Source: Patescibacteria group bacterium (GTDB taxonomy: Bacteria; Patescibacteriota; Patescibacteriia; JAHIZJ01). Taken from it: a stretch of 64,000 nucleotides of DNA. Location: contig JBAZLK010000006.1 of the NCBI GenBank assembly GCA_041650335.1, positions 5,788 to 69,787 of the forward strand, given 5' to 3'. The position numbers and the translations under genes are program-made. This document shows, in pieces, positions 1 through 10,221 of the stretch (position 1 is its first letter; every line of letters starts with the position of its first letter). The notes under the pieces were generated by a model. It had not been told where the DNA came from. It did no database searches and saw only the letters and a program-made list of their open reading frames with translations.

Positions 1-1
1 T

Positions 2-364
2 TTGGGTGTCGGCGGCGGTAAAGGTGAGCATGCTGCCGGGCATGAGCGTATCATTTGTAAACGCTTGGCCGGGCTCCCCGAGCTTCGCGAAATCCGTTGT
101 CACCCGGTTATCAACCATTGCCTCTTCTCGCGTGGCATCGTCCAATTTAGCAAGCTCGTCTTGGGTCACGGTCCGGCTGATCATGATGTCAGTGCCGACG
201 CTTGAGAGCGGATTCAAAACAGTCTTTTGGGCGGCCGAAAGACTCTGTGAGACGGAAATAATCGCGATGATGATGGCACCGGCCACGGCCAGCCCCAGGG
301 AGACCGTGATTGTCTTGCCTGGCCGATGTAAAAGTTCGCCTTTCAAGTAACGAAGAACAAACAT
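2..364 (-). CDS. ABC transporter permease (MacB/FtsX-like), N-terminal part, runs off window
   Basis: Hand-translated from ATG at 364: MFVLRYLKGELLHRPGKTITVSLGLAVAGAIIIAIISVSQSLSAAQKTVLNPLSSVGTDIMISR...; resembles MacB-type permease N-terminus; absent from ORF track because no stop in window. Confidence 0.6.
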   Translation of the reverse strand, partial: MFVLRYLKGELLHRPGKTITVSLGLAVAGAIIIAIISVSQSLSAAQKTVLNPLSSVGTDIMISRTVTQDELAKLDDATREEAMVDNRVTTDFAKLGEPGQAFTNDTLMPGSMLTFTAADTQ

Positions 365-421
365 GTGTGTGGTGGTAGTAAATCAGAAATAAATATTTCA
401 ACGTGATAAATGAAGGGTGTC

Positions 422-430
422 TGTGGATAA
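422..430. promoter_or_regulatory. single perfect DnaA box (TGTGGATAA)
   Basis: Exact reverse complement of TTATCCACA in an AT-rich intergenic gap; only one copy seen. Confidence 0.3.
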
Positions 431-538
431 GTGTAAACAGCAAAACTGAAACAAAGCTGAAGAAGTGTTCAATAAATATAAAAAACACTCTGTTCGACAA
501 GAGAGTTTATATTGTCGTATTATGAGACGAAACGTGTC

Positions 539-1153
539 TTAGAATCCCAGAACTTCATTCGCCAGAATCAGCTGAAACGATCGACGGGGGGATGTTTCGC
601 GTTCAAATATTAGGATTTTACCAATCGTGCTTCCCGGGAGGCCGTTTTTCTTCATCCGCTGATCTTCAAGCGGCAAACAATAATCACGGATCCGCTTCAA
701 TCCGTCTTCAAGCGTGGGGACGATTTTTTGCGTTCCGGCCACCCAGATGACGTGCGGACTGGAAAAAGCATAGGCCGGTATTTGGCTACCCGTGTTTGAG
801 GCGAAAAGCACCTGCCCGGTTTCCGTTATGGCCTGGACGCTGCCAATGTAATAATCTGCCAACGTTGCCTGTCTCCGCAAAAGCGATTGCTTGACTGGAT
901 CCTTTTCTGCCAGGAGCTTGTCTTTTACATTGTTCCAGGGATGCTGACCATTTTTCAATAACTCAGTAAAACCGATTTGCTCGAGGGTGGTCGAGCCGCC
1001 GGTCATAAGTTCGACGCCCTTGGGAAGAAGTTTCCGTAATTCTTCGAGCGCCTGATCCTTGGTATCGGCCAATTGAACCTGAATGCCACGCGTGGCCAAG
1101 GCTGTCAGTGTGTGCGCAAGCTGTTTTTTGTTCGGTCGAATATTGTATGGCAT
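539..1153 (-). CDS. LUD domain (lactate utilization protein-like, DUF162) protein
   Basis: GGSTTLEQIG, ADYYIGSVQAITETG, VAGTQKIVPTLEDG motifs. Confidence 0.75.
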   Translation of the reverse strand: MPYNIRPNKKQLAHTLTALATRGIQVQLADTKDQALEELRKLLPKGVELMTGGSTTLEQIGFTELLKNGQHPWNNVKDKLLAEKDPVKQSLLRRQATLADYYIGSVQAITETGQVLFASNTGSQIPAYAFSSPHVIWVAGTQKIVPTLEDGLKRIRDYCLPLEDQRMKKNGLPGSTIGKILIFERETSPRRSFQLILANEVLGF

Positions 1154-1245
1154 GGTTCGGCTAAGTAAAGATAATTACGTCAGATCGTTTTTGCTATGTC
1201 ACTATTATATCACGAATGTGTATTCCGCTCGCGGGACGAAGGTAG

Positions 1246-1572
1246 CTAGCCAGTTTGACCGGTTACGCCGCCGACAATGAAGCTAACGAATGCCCAGGCG
1301 AGTAAGACGATGATCAGACCAACGATCGCGCCAGAGATGGTCCGCTTGGCTGAATTGATACGCTCCTCGTCGCCGCCTGAAACCAACCAGAGGAAACCGC
1401 CGAATATAATCATAATTACGGCGACAAGCGCGAGAAAACTGAGGGCATACCGGATAATGTTGACGACAATATCTGGTAAACTCGCGGTCGTGGAAAAACC
1501 AAGCTGGTCACCGTAATTGTTGATAACGAGACTCAAGTGAGCGGGTGGTGTTGTCGTGAGTGAAGTGTTCAT
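1246..1572 (-). CDS. CPR-type pilin (TrbC/VirB2-like)
   Basis: Two hydrophobic helices around IIFGGFLWLVSGGDEERINSAKRTISGAIVGLIIVLLAWA. Confidence 0.75.
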   Translation of the reverse strand: MNTSLTTTPPAHLSLVINNYGDQLGFSTTASLPDIVVNIIRYALSFLALVAVIMIIFGGFLWLVSGGDEERINSAKRTISGAIVGLIIVLLAWAFVSFIVGGVTGQTG

Positions 1573-1711
1573 ATCGCAATGAATAAAAAATGTTTCAAAT
1601 ACGATTTTCAGAAGGCCGATCGACAATCATGGTGCTCGGCGATGCGTGAAAAGAAACGAAGTCTCGGTGAGGAGTGTCCGCCGGTGGAACAGAAATATTG
1701 TTGCGGCCGGT

Positions 1712-2737
1712 TCAGGTCCGGCCAGCCGGCAGACGGACAGTCACGATCGTGCCTTTACCGAGTTCGCTCTTCACTTCGATCGTGCCGTGGTGCTGTTCAA
1801 CGATCTGTTTGGCGATCGGGAGTCCGAGGCCAAAGCCCTCGACGCGATGTTTTGAACGTGAGACGTCAGCGCGATAAAAACGGTCGAAAATATGGGGTAA
1901 ATCGGTCGCGCGGATGCCAAGGCCGTGGTCAGCAATCGTGATCGTGGTCCGGCCAGCCTTGGTTTGCGAACTGATTTCCACGTTCGTCTTGTCGGGACTG
2001 TACTTGATTGCATTATCAAGTAAAATAACGAGAAGTTCTACCAGGCTGTGGCTGTCGCCGAGGACGGTGCCGTCGAGCGCCTTTCGTTTGAGTGTAATAC
2101 CTTTCTTCTTAGCTAAACTGGCCACGCGCTGGATCGCTTCGTCGCTGGCAGAAGCTATTGATACAGTCGTGGTTGGTTGGCTGTGTCCGTTATTATCATG
2201 TCGAGCCAGTCGCAAGAGGCCGGTCGTCAAACCCTCAAGTCGCTGAACCTCCTCCAGGTTGCTTCGTAAGATGTCACGAAAATCATGATCATTGGCAGCA
2301 GCGTCGCGCAGCGCCACCTCGATCTCAGTCCGCATAGCCGTGAGCGGTGTCCGAAGCTCATGCGAGGCGTCGGCTGTGAATTGGCGCTGTGTCTCGAGAT
2401 TGTCCTCAATTGGCTTTAAGACGCGCCGGGCCAGGAAATAGCTGATGGCGCCGGCCACAAGAAGAATCGCGCCGTTTAAAATGATTAGGGTTGTGCGAAG
2501 CTGGTTTCGTACCTCGATAATCTGGGCTTGAAGAAATTCTTCCTCGATCGGGTTGAATATCATCGGCGGCGGATAGTCATCGTCGCGGCTGCGAAAAATT
2601 TCGGCTTGATGTCGGAGACCAACGCCAATCTGGCCAGGCGATATTTGATAGATAGCGACACTGAAGGAAATACTGAGGCACATCATGATGAGCGTGTACC
2701 AGCCAGCCAGACGAAGCGTCGGAGCGTTTAATTTCAT
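1712..2737 (-). CDS. sensor histidine kinase
   Basis: H-box FTADASHELRTPL, N-box LLDNAIKYS, G-boxes DHGLGI/GFGLGL; two TM segments. Confidence 0.95.
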   Translation of the reverse strand: MKLNAPTLRLAGWYTLIMMCLSISFSVAIYQISPGQIGVGLRHQAEIFRSRDDDYPPPMIFNPIEEEFLQAQIIEVRNQLRTTLIILNGAILLVAGAISYFLARRVLKPIEDNLETQRQFTADASHELRTPLTAMRTEIEVALRDAAANDHDFRDILRSNLEEVQRLEGLTTGLLRLARHDNNGHSQPTTTVSIASASDEAIQRVASLAKKKGITLKRKALDGTVLGDSHSLVELLVILLDNAIKYSPDKTNVEISSQTKAGRTTITIADHGLGIRATDLPHIFDRFYRADVSRSKHRVEGFGLGLPIAKQIVEQHHGTIEVKSELGKGTIVTVRLPAGRT

Positions 2738-2745
2738 AAAAAAAT

Positions 2746-3420
2746 TTAGGCGGTTAACTGATAGCCAAATCCGCGAACAGTAGTGATCATTGGTTTGCCC
2801 GGGAACGGCTGATCAATCTTCTTTCGGAGCGAAGCAATAAACGCCTCGACCGTGTTTGGTAAAATATCGGAGTCAAAATCCCAGACATGCTGGATGATTT
2901 GATCTTTCGAGATTGTCCGGCCGGCATTCCTCATCAGATAGTCAAGCAGGGCAAACTCTTTTTTTGAAAGAGGAATACGCGTACCGGCACGCTTCACTTC
3001 AAAGGCGCGGGCATCGAGCTCGAGTTCGCCATGGCGCAGCACCGTACCGACGGTCTTGTCCGGCCGGCGAAGAAGCGCCCGGATTCGAGCCAGCAACTCC
3101 TCGAAAGAAAACGGTTTGACGAGATAGTCATCGGCGCCGCCGTCAAGTCCCTCGACGCGATCATTTGTTTTGTCGCGGGCGGTCAGAACGAGAATCGGCT
3201 GGTGCAAGCCCTTGGCCCGCATGGCTTGGCAAATATCCAGGCCGTCGCGGACGCCAGGCAGCATGCGATCGAGGATAAGCAGGTCAAACTGTCCGCGCAA
3301 CGCGCGTGCCATGCCCTGCTCGCCGTCAAAGACTGCGTCGACCGCGAATGACTCCTGTTCAAGGCCGCGCTTCAGCGCCTGAGCGATTTTATGTTCATCT
3401 TCGATAATGAGGATTCTCAT
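2746..3420 (-). CDS. OmpR-family response regulator
   Basis: MRILIIEDE, LDRMLPG, GADDYLVKPF, winged-helix end TVRGFGY. Confidence 0.95.
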   Translation of the reverse strand: MRILIIEDEHKIAQALKRGLEQESFAVDAVFDGEQGMARALRGQFDLLILDRMLPGVRDGLDICQAMRAKGLHQPILVLTARDKTNDRVEGLDGGADDYLVKPFSFEELLARIRALLRRPDKTVGTVLRHGELELDARAFEVKRAGTRIPLSKKEFALLDYLMRNAGRTISKDQIIQHVWDFDSDILPNTVEAFIASLRKKIDQPFPGKPMITTVRGFGYQLTA

Positions 3421-3566
3421 GTTTACAGAATAAAACACAATTCTGAATTATTACTGAATATTATACTACCAAGGGAAAAATGTGCCTCATTGAAGCAAAT
3501 AGTAGCGCTAATAATAGCCATTTATATTATTTATCCCTGTTAATAACTCTGTCGCCAAAGTCGTGC

Positions 3567-5588
3567 TTATGCGGTCGTGGGCGCGGCAAATTGGCTATTA
3601 TACAGGGAGGCATAATAGCCATCCCGGGCGAGCAGTTCCTCGTGTTTCCCTTGTTCGACAATGTTGCCGTCGCGGATGACCAGGATAAGGTCGGCGTGAC
3701 GGATGGTTGAGAGTCGGTGGGCGATCACGAAGCTCGTCTTACCGCGCATGAGCCGTTCCATAGCTTGCTGAATCAACACCTCAGTGCGGGTATCAACCGA
3801 GCTTGTGGCTTCGTCAAGGATGAGCATTGGCGTTTTTATGAGCATTGCCCGCGCAATCGTCAGAAGCTGCTTCTCGCCCTGTGAAACATTATCCGCTTCC
3901 TCGCCGAGCATCATGTCATAGCCATGCGGGAGCGAGCGGACAAAATGATCGACATGCGCTGCTTTGGCCGCTTCAACAATCTCCGCCTCAGACGCGTCCG
4001 GCTTGCCGTAGGCAATGTTCTCGCGGATTGTGCCGTTAAAAAGCCAGGTGTCTTGAAGGACCATGCCGAACAACCGGCGGACGCTCGAACGCTTCAACGT
4101 CCGGGTGTCGACGCCGTCAATTTTTATCGAGCCGCTGTTGACGTCGTAGAATCGCATCAGCAGATTAACAAGGGTGGTTTTTCCGGCGCCAGTCGGTCCG
4201 ACAATGGCCACGCGCTGGCCGGGATGGATCTTCGCGGTGAAATCCTTGATGATGGTTTTGCCCGTATCATAGCCGAAGACGACGTGATCAAATTCGACGG
4301 CACCGCTCACCCGGGCCAAGTCTTGGACATCCATCGGCTCGGCTGTTTCTTCGGCCTCAGCCAAAAACTCAAATACCCGCTCAGCCGAGGCCGCGGTCGA
4401 CTGAAAAACATTTGCGATATTGGCCGTCTGAGCAATCGGCTGGGTGAAGAGATTGAGATATTGGATAAACGCCTGAATGTCCCCGATGTTTACACGGCCG
4501 TTGATCGCCAGCCAGCCGCCGAGCACAGAGACGGCGACGAAATTTAAATTGCCGATAAAATTCATGAGCGGAAACATCAAGCCGGAGAGAAACTGAGACT
4601 TCCAGGCGCTTCGGTAGAGATCGTTATTAATGCCGATGAATTTCGCGATGGAGCGTTGCTGGCCGTTGAAAACCTTCATGACGCTGTGGCCGCTATACAT
4701 TTCTTCAATATGGCCGTTGATATGACCGAGCGTGTCTTGCTGCTCTGTAAAATACCGCTGGGAGCGCTTTGTGATCAGCGCGATCACGCCAAAACTGATC
4801 GGCAACGCAATAACAGAAACTAGCGTCAGCTGCCAACTGATCGATAGCATCATGGCCAGAACGCCAATAATCATAGTGGCGGAGGTGACCACTTGGGTCA
4901 GGCTCTGATTCAGCGTCTGGCTGACCGTATCGACATCATTGGTAACGCGGCTTAAGACCTCGCCATGAGTCTGTGTATCGAAATATTTCAGGGGCATCCG
5001 ACCGATTTTTGTAGAGATATCACTTCGAAACCGGTAACTAATCTTCTGTGACACGTTTGTCATAACCCAACCCTGGATATAGCTAAACAGCGCGCTTAAG
5101 CCATATAGAAGCAGCAACTCTTCAGCGATCGTAATGAGCTTGTCGTAGTGAAAGATTGGCTTGGTGGACAAGTCGAGCGACTTGATAGCGTTCAACGCAG
5201 TGGAGGGTATTTTATCGACCACGGTCGGTGGCAAACGCTGAATGAGCTGTTCCCCGGTCGTGCCCGGCGGCAGTTGTTTCGTCAATTCGGTATAGGCGGT
5301 GCGATCGATGAAATCCGTCACGACCTGGTTTGTCATTCGGCCAAGGATCTTCGGGCTGACAATGGCGAAAACAGTGCTGGCGATGGCAAACACGAGGACC
5401 ACGATGATTTGAATCCAAAACGGACGCAAGTACGAAATCAACTGTCGCATGGTTCGTTTGAAATTCTTGGCCTTCGCCCCAGCCACCATCATACCCATGG
5501 GGCCACCGCGACCCATTGGTCCGAATCGGCCGGGTGGTGTCGGCGGAAGATTGCCGGCGGTTGAGGTTGTTCGCGGCTGTTCGCTCAT
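3567..5588 (-). CDS. ABC exporter TMD-NBD subunit (consensus half of heterodimer)
   Basis: Walker A GPTGAGKT, VSQGEKQ, LILDEATS, IAHRLST. Confidence 0.92.
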   Translation of the reverse strand: MSEQPRTTSTAGNLPPTPPGRFGPMGRGGPMGMMVAGAKAKNFKRTMRQLISYLRPFWIQIIVVLVFAIASTVFAIVSPKILGRMTNQVVTDFIDRTAYTELTKQLPPGTTGEQLIQRLPPTVVDKIPSTALNAIKSLDLSTKPIFHYDKLITIAEELLLLYGLSALFSYIQGWVMTNVSQKISYRFRSDISTKIGRMPLKYFDTQTHGEVLSRVTNDVDTVSQTLNQSLTQVVTSATMIIGVLAMMLSISWQLTLVSVIALPISFGVIALITKRSQRYFTEQQDTLGHINGHIEEMYSGHSVMKVFNGQQRSIAKFIGINNDLYRSAWKSQFLSGLMFPLMNFIGNLNFVAVSVLGGWLAINGRVNIGDIQAFIQYLNLFTQPIAQTANIANVFQSTAASAERVFEFLAEAEETAEPMDVQDLARVSGAVEFDHVVFGYDTGKTIIKDFTAKIHPGQRVAIVGPTGAGKTTLVNLLMRFYDVNSGSIKIDGVDTRTLKRSSVRRLFGMVLQDTWLFNGTIRENIAYGKPDASEAEIVEAAKAAHVDHFVRSLPHGYDMMLGEEADNVSQGEKQLLTIARAMLIKTPMLILDEATSSVDTRTEVLIQQAMERLMRGKTSFVIAHRLSTIRHADLILVIRDGNIVEQGKHEELLARDGYYASLYNSQFAAPTTA

Positions 5589-7360
5589 AGGGCCTCCGGT
5601 GCGAGATTACCGTTTTTAGAATTCTGGAAGCGTCCGCGAAGTTCTTCTTCCGAGAGTTGCGAGAGCGCAATTTCCCGATAGACGGGGCATGATTTCATTA
5701 GCTCGGCGTGTTTACCCTGGCCGACGATCCGGCCTTCGTCGAGAACAATAATCTTGTCGGCATCCATGATCGTGCTGATTCGTTGGGCCACAATCAGAAC
5801 AGTTTGGCCGCGCGTTTCTGCTTTCAGGGCGTGGCGCAGGCGCGCGTCAGTAGCAAAGTCAAGCGCTGAAAAGCTGTCGTCAAAAATAATGATCTCGGGT
5901 CGGCGGATTAAGGCCCGGGCGATGGACAGACGCTGTTTTTGACCGCCTGATACGTTTGTTCCGCCCTGAGCGATCGGCGACTCATACGCACCAGGGAGGT
6001 TGGCTACGAACTCTTTCGCCTGGGCGACGTCAACCGCGTGTTTAACGTCCTCATCTGTTACGTGGGGTGCACCGTATTTTAGATTTGAAGTCACGCTGCC
6101 GGAAAAGAGGATGCCTTTCTGTGGCACATAGCCGATCTTGGCGTAGAGGTCTTCCTGGCGCATCTGTCGGATGTCGACCCCGTCGACGCGGATAACACCG
6201 TCGGACACGTCGTAAAAACGCGGTATTAAATTGATCAGGGTTGATTTGCCACTGCCGGTACTGCCGACAAAAGCCGTTGTCTGTCCGGACTGAGCGGTAA
6301 AGGTGATATTTTCGAGAACCGCTGTGTCAGCGCCGGGGTATGTAAACGTAACATGGTCGAATTCAACCTGTCCGGTGGCATTCGCTGGCGTTACGGGTTG
6401 GTCAGGGTCGGTGATAGTCGCTTCGGTCTCGAGCACTTCGGCCACGCGCTGGGCCGAAACAGAGGCGCGCGGCACCATGATAAAGATGATCGATATCATC
6501 AGGAAGGAAAAAATCACCTGGCTGGCATAAATCATAAAGGCCATCATGCCGCCGATCTGCAGGCTGCCCGACTCAATGAGGTGTGCGCCCACCCAAACGA
6601 TGCCGACCGCCGTTACGTTCAAAATCAGCATCATGATCGGCTGCATAACCACCATTAAACGATTAACGAACAGGTTGACGCCGGTTAGATCGACGTTGGC
6701 CGCGTCAAACTTTTTTTCTTCATAGGCTTCGCGATTGAATGCACGAATCACGCGCAATCCTGTCAAAATCTCGCGCGTCACGAGGTTCAGCCGGTCAACC
6801 AATTTTTGCAGGCGTCTAAATCGCGGCAGGGCGATGGAAAACAAAACCACAATAATCGTCAGGAGCACGCCGACGGCTAAGCCCATGATCCAGGTCATGG
6901 AGGGAGCGTTTTGGTAGGCCTTTGCGATTGCCCAGATGCCCATAATCGGCGCCATGAGCGCGAGACGGAGAATCATGACGAGAACCATCTGAATCTGCTG
7001 GATATCATTCGTCGAACGGGTGATGAGTGAGGCCGTGGAAAAGGTATTAAACTCGGTCAGAGAAAAGCTCTCAACTTTGGTAAATACCCGTTCGCGGATC
7101 GTCTTGGCGAAGCCAGTGGCGATGCGGGCGGCAAAATAGCCGACCACAATGTTGGCCAAGCCGCCGCCCAGCGCCATGGCCAGCATCAGCGCACCGGTTG
7201 TCCAGACGAGATGTGAATTTTGGCCGACAATGCCATCGTTGATGATTTTGGCCATGTAGTCTGGCAGCGTCAGATTGGCGGCGACCATCAAGAAAACCAT
7301 TGCGATGAGGACGAGCAATTGCCAAACATACGGTTTAAAATATGAGAGAAGTTTTTTCAT
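5585..7360 (-). CDS. ABC exporter TMD-NBD subunit (degenerate half of heterodimer)
   Basis: GSTGSGKS, VSGGQKQR, degenerate Walker B IFDDSFS and switch VAQR; overlaps partner gene. Confidence 0.92.
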   Translation of the reverse strand: MKKLLSYFKPYVWQLLVLIAMVFLMVAANLTLPDYMAKIINDGIVGQNSHLVWTTGALMLAMALGGGLANIVVGYFAARIATGFAKTIRERVFTKVESFSLTEFNTFSTASLITRSTNDIQQIQMVLVMILRLALMAPIMGIWAIAKAYQNAPSMTWIMGLAVGVLLTIIVVLFSIALPRFRRLQKLVDRLNLVTREILTGLRVIRAFNREAYEEKKFDAANVDLTGVNLFVNRLMVVMQPIMMLILNVTAVGIVWVGAHLIESGSLQIGGMMAFMIYASQVIFSFLMISIIFIMVPRASVSAQRVAEVLETEATITDPDQPVTPANATGQVEFDHVTFTYPGADTAVLENITFTAQSGQTTAFVGSTGSGKSTLINLIPRFYDVSDGVIRVDGVDIRQMRQEDLYAKIGYVPQKGILFSGSVTSNLKYGAPHVTDEDVKHAVDVAQAKEFVANLPGAYESPIAQGGTNVSGGQKQRLSIARALIRRPEIIIFDDSFSALDFATDARLRHALKAETRGQTVLIVAQRISTIMDADKIIVLDEGRIVGQGKHAELMKSCPVYREIALSQLSEEELRGRFQNSKNGNLAPEAL

Positions 7361-7426
7361 TAAACGGTAATCGATAAGAATTAAGCAAGTCGGCGGTTTC
7401 GGCGCAGACTTTTATTACCCAGCCCG

Positions 7427-7681
7427 TTATTTGCGTCCGGTTTTTTTCAGGATATCCCGGAGTCCGGCTAACTGACTGGACAGGTGGGCGGCGAAACGTT
7501 CGACGTTGGCCATTTTCATGAGTACCACCGTGTTGTGACCCATGCTGAAAACCATGAGACGTTCGCCCTTGGCCAAAGCTAGACTTTGACGTGCATCGGC
7601 TGGGATAACAACTTGGCCTTTTTCGCCCAAGGTGGTGGTGCCATAAAAATGGCAGTGGTGTTGACGTGATTGAGACGTCAT
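7427..7681 (-). CDS. AbrB/MazE/SpoVT family DNA-binding protein
   Basis: TTLGEKGQVVIPADARQSL motif. Confidence 0.85.
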   Translation of the reverse strand: MTSQSRQHHCHFYGTTTLGEKGQVVIPADARQSLALAKGERLMVFSMGHNTVVLMKMANVERFAAHLSSQLAGLRDILKKTGRK

Positions 7682-7876
7682 ATCTTCCTTTTATTAGGAT
7701 TATTTAGTGTCTTGCATATTCCTACAAGTAGGAAACGTAGGAATAGGCACAGTATAGCAGGCGCGGGCGGGGTGTCAAGGGGTAACAAAAAACCACTGGG
7801 AAAGCGGTAGTTTGTTTGAGCGGAAACAGCTCGGTCTTTGTTTTTTTCACAGCGCTAGAGCAGCGGGATGTTTCGT

Positions 7877-8416
7877 TTAATTTCGGTGGAGCAAAGAACG
7901 AAGCGCTGCCGCAAGGCCAGCCAGGAAGATAAGACCCCCGGCTGTCTCGAGCCACGCTTGGAGCGCTCCAGGCTTCGGTGTTATCCAAGCGAACGCAGCC
8001 GAGAGAATGACCGCTAGGTAATAGTCGATTGGAAAACCCAGGAACCAGCGCCGGAACCACCAGACATATTTGGCGCTATAGCGTCGGAGGCCATAAGCCG
8101 GATTCACGACGAACCAGAGAAAGTCCCAGACCGCCACGAGAAGAAGATACGACGCGAGTACCGTTAGTTCTTTTGCCCAAGACCACTCGGTCCAGAGTAC
8201 AGGGTAATGGAAGAATAACAGAAGAAAGGCGGTCAGGGCGAGGTGGTAGCCAGTCACCGGCCGGCCGGCCGAGAAGCGAACAATCCAGCCCTTGGTGACG
8301 CGCCAGGTCGGAAGCTTCGCGGCCCAGCCGTTGTTTCCCTCAATCTGGACCTCCAGGTAGGCGAGGATCAGGGCGAGAAAGAAAAGGTAAATTGTGCTCG
8401 TAATATTTCCCAACAT
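7877..8416 (-). CDS. hypothetical membrane protein
   Basis: About five hydrophobic segments, Trp-rich. Confidence 0.7.
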   Translation of the reverse strand: MLGNITSTIYLFFLALILAYLEVQIEGNNGWAAKLPTWRVTKGWIVRFSAGRPVTGYHLALTAFLLLFFHYPVLWTEWSWAKELTVLASYLLLVAVWDFLWFVVNPAYGLRRYSAKYVWWFRRWFLGFPIDYYLAVILSAAFAWITPKPGALQAWLETAGGLIFLAGLAAALRSLLHRN

Positions 8417-8513
8417 ACGATTATTATATCACGACTGGGATACGGAAAAAACCTTGCTAATGCAACTAAAAAAGCCGTTCCAGGTGATTATCGGAGCGGA
8501 TACTTGTTTTGAT

Positions 8514-8589
8514 TGGTGCGCCCAGAGGGATTCGAACCCCCGACCGTTTGCTTAAGAGGCAACTGCTCTACCAGCTGAGCTATGGGCGC
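8514..8589 (-). tRNA. tRNA-Lys(CTT)
   Basis: GCGCCCATAGCTCAGCTGGTAGAGCA...CTCTTAA...GGTTCGAATCCCTCTGGGCGCACCA cloverleaf. Confidence 0.97.
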
Positions 8590-8667
8590 GTGAAGCTGAT
8601 TGCTTCGACTAATATAGCTTAATTGCCGATATATTTCAAGGGTAAAAAAACGAGGGCGGGGAAGCCC

Positions 8668-9141
8668 TCAGGCGGACTGAGCAAAGACGGTCGCATCGAT
8701 CGGATAGTGTCGGCGGCGAAGTACCTGCAGCAGATTGTTCAGACAATCAGGCGGTCGGTCGAGAATGGCCGTCACTTGTTCTCCGAGCTCGCTTAGCACG
8801 CGGTGGACGCAAGTCGATCCGTCGCCGTTCGTTCCCTTGGCGGCCAGGTAGGCGCCGCAGAGTGTGTTTGGCCGAACTTGCGGCAAGGCTTCAATGATAG
8901 CCAAGGCGCGACCGAGCGCGAGCGGATCGGCTGGTCCTCCTTCGCCCCAGAACCAGGCGCCGCGAAACCGCTTCGAGTCCGGTTCGAAAGCGGCGAAGCC
9001 GATACCGACGCACTGATGCTCATCGAGACCAATGAATGGTTCAACGAACAATTCTGTTCCGTTAATTCCCTCCTCATACACCCGTTTGATGCCGGCAGAC
9101 CCATAATGGATGATCGGTCGTGAGGCTGTTCTGCGTCGCAT
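8668..9141 (-). CDS. hypothetical protein
   Basis: ORF with SD-like GAGGGGG before ATG at 9141 and a downstream hairpin plus T-tract. Confidence 0.55.
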   Translation of the reverse strand: MRRRTASRPIIHYGSAGIKRVYEEGINGTELFVEPFIGLDEHQCVGIGFAAFEPDSKRFRGAWFWGEGGPADPLALGRALAIIEALPQVRPNTLCGAYLAAKGTNGDGSTCVHRVLSELGEQVTAILDRPPDCLNNLLQVLRRRHYPIDATVFAQSA

Positions 9142-9331
9142 AGCCCCCTCCTTATCGGAAGGATGGTGCCCAGAGATGGTGTGCTCGAAGAAGCCTTTTA
9201 TCGTATCACAGCTTCGTTGGTGGTACAAATATTATTTTCTCCATTTTTTTAATTCGGGTCATATTCATAATAAAAAAATTGCCCAGACACACGAAATGTC
9301 GGGCAGGTTGTGCGATAGAACGATGCACGGA

Positions 9332-10075
9332 TCACTTCTGGGAGGTGGTGATCCTGATCCAGTCCTGGTCCGTAGCCTTCGGCTTGATCGCTTGAGAACC
9401 CCGCTCACAGAGCAGGCAGCCATCGGTGCCGGCCGGGTCCCAGTCGCGGACCCGCATTTCCACTACGGGCAGGATCGGGAAAGTGCCGACGTCGTCAATC
9501 GTGATCTCGCTGAGGCCGCCGCGGTTGATGATGACGGGGTCGCAGGGGAAGAAAACAGCCTGATCATGCAGGGAGCGGATGTGGATGACTGCCTCAGTGA
9601 AACCCGTGCCGCGCGTGCAGAAATCCTCCACCAGCAGCAAGACGTCGTTTGCCCGGAGAGCGGAGACGAGCTGGATCCGGCCGTCCACCTTCTGCATCTC
9701 GATCAGGTCGAGACCGAGGATTTCCGCCAGATGCTTACCCAGTATGGTCGCGCCGTCCGGCACGCCAGCCACACAGGTCGGACGAGGATTGGACGCGAAG
9801 GCCTCGATGCGTCGGGCCATCTGGCCGGCGATGATGCGTTGGATGTTCTCGGCCGCCAGCAGGATGCGGGAGACGAAGAACCCATCACTGTGCAGGCCTG
9901 ACTTGAGGAGAGCGTGCAGTCCAGGCCGACCCTCCTCCAGCGCGCCATAGTCGTAGGTCCAGTAGGCGCCCAGTTCCTGGGCGATGTGCACCACTTCCTC
10001 CGGGGTCAGATTGCCGGTGACCTCCTTCGGGTCGAGGGCCAGTAGTCGTTCTCGGTCCAGGTCGAGAATGTTCAT
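9332..10075 (-). CDS. orotate phosphoribosyltransferase-like type I PRTase
   Basis: HALLKSGLHSDGFF and PRPP loop VLLLVEDFCTRGTG. Confidence 0.7.
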   Translation of the reverse strand: MNILDLDRERLLALDPKEVTGNLTPEEVVHIAQELGAYWTYDYGALEEGRPGLHALLKSGLHSDGFFVSRILLAAENIQRIIAGQMARRIEAFASNPRPTCVAGVPDGATILGKHLAEILGLDLIEMQKVDGRIQLVSALRANDVLLLVEDFCTRGTGFTEAVIHIRSLHDQAVFFPCDPVIINRGGLSEITIDDVGTFPILPVVEMRVRDWDPAGTDGCLLCERGSQAIKPKATDQDWIRITTSQK

Positions 10076-10188
10076 AGACTTCCTTTCGGTTCGGGGTTGA
10101 CGGTTGCGCGATCGTTCCGGAGCGACCCCATCTTAACACGATAGAAAACTAAGTCAATAAATTGAGCTATATCAAAAAAATATTAAAA

Positions 10189-10216
10189 TTGACAGTTGTT
10201 GTTCCTCGGTTATAAT
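10189..10216 (+). promoter_or_regulatory. sigma70-type promoter TTGACA-N16-TATAAT
   Basis: Both hexamers perfect; no convincing plus-strand CDS downstream. Confidence 0.75.
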
Positions 10217-10221
10217 AAGAA

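Noticed and set aside
370-530. oriC at the single DnaA box
   Set aside because: One box only, no strand switch or parS beside it; more likely regulatory or chance
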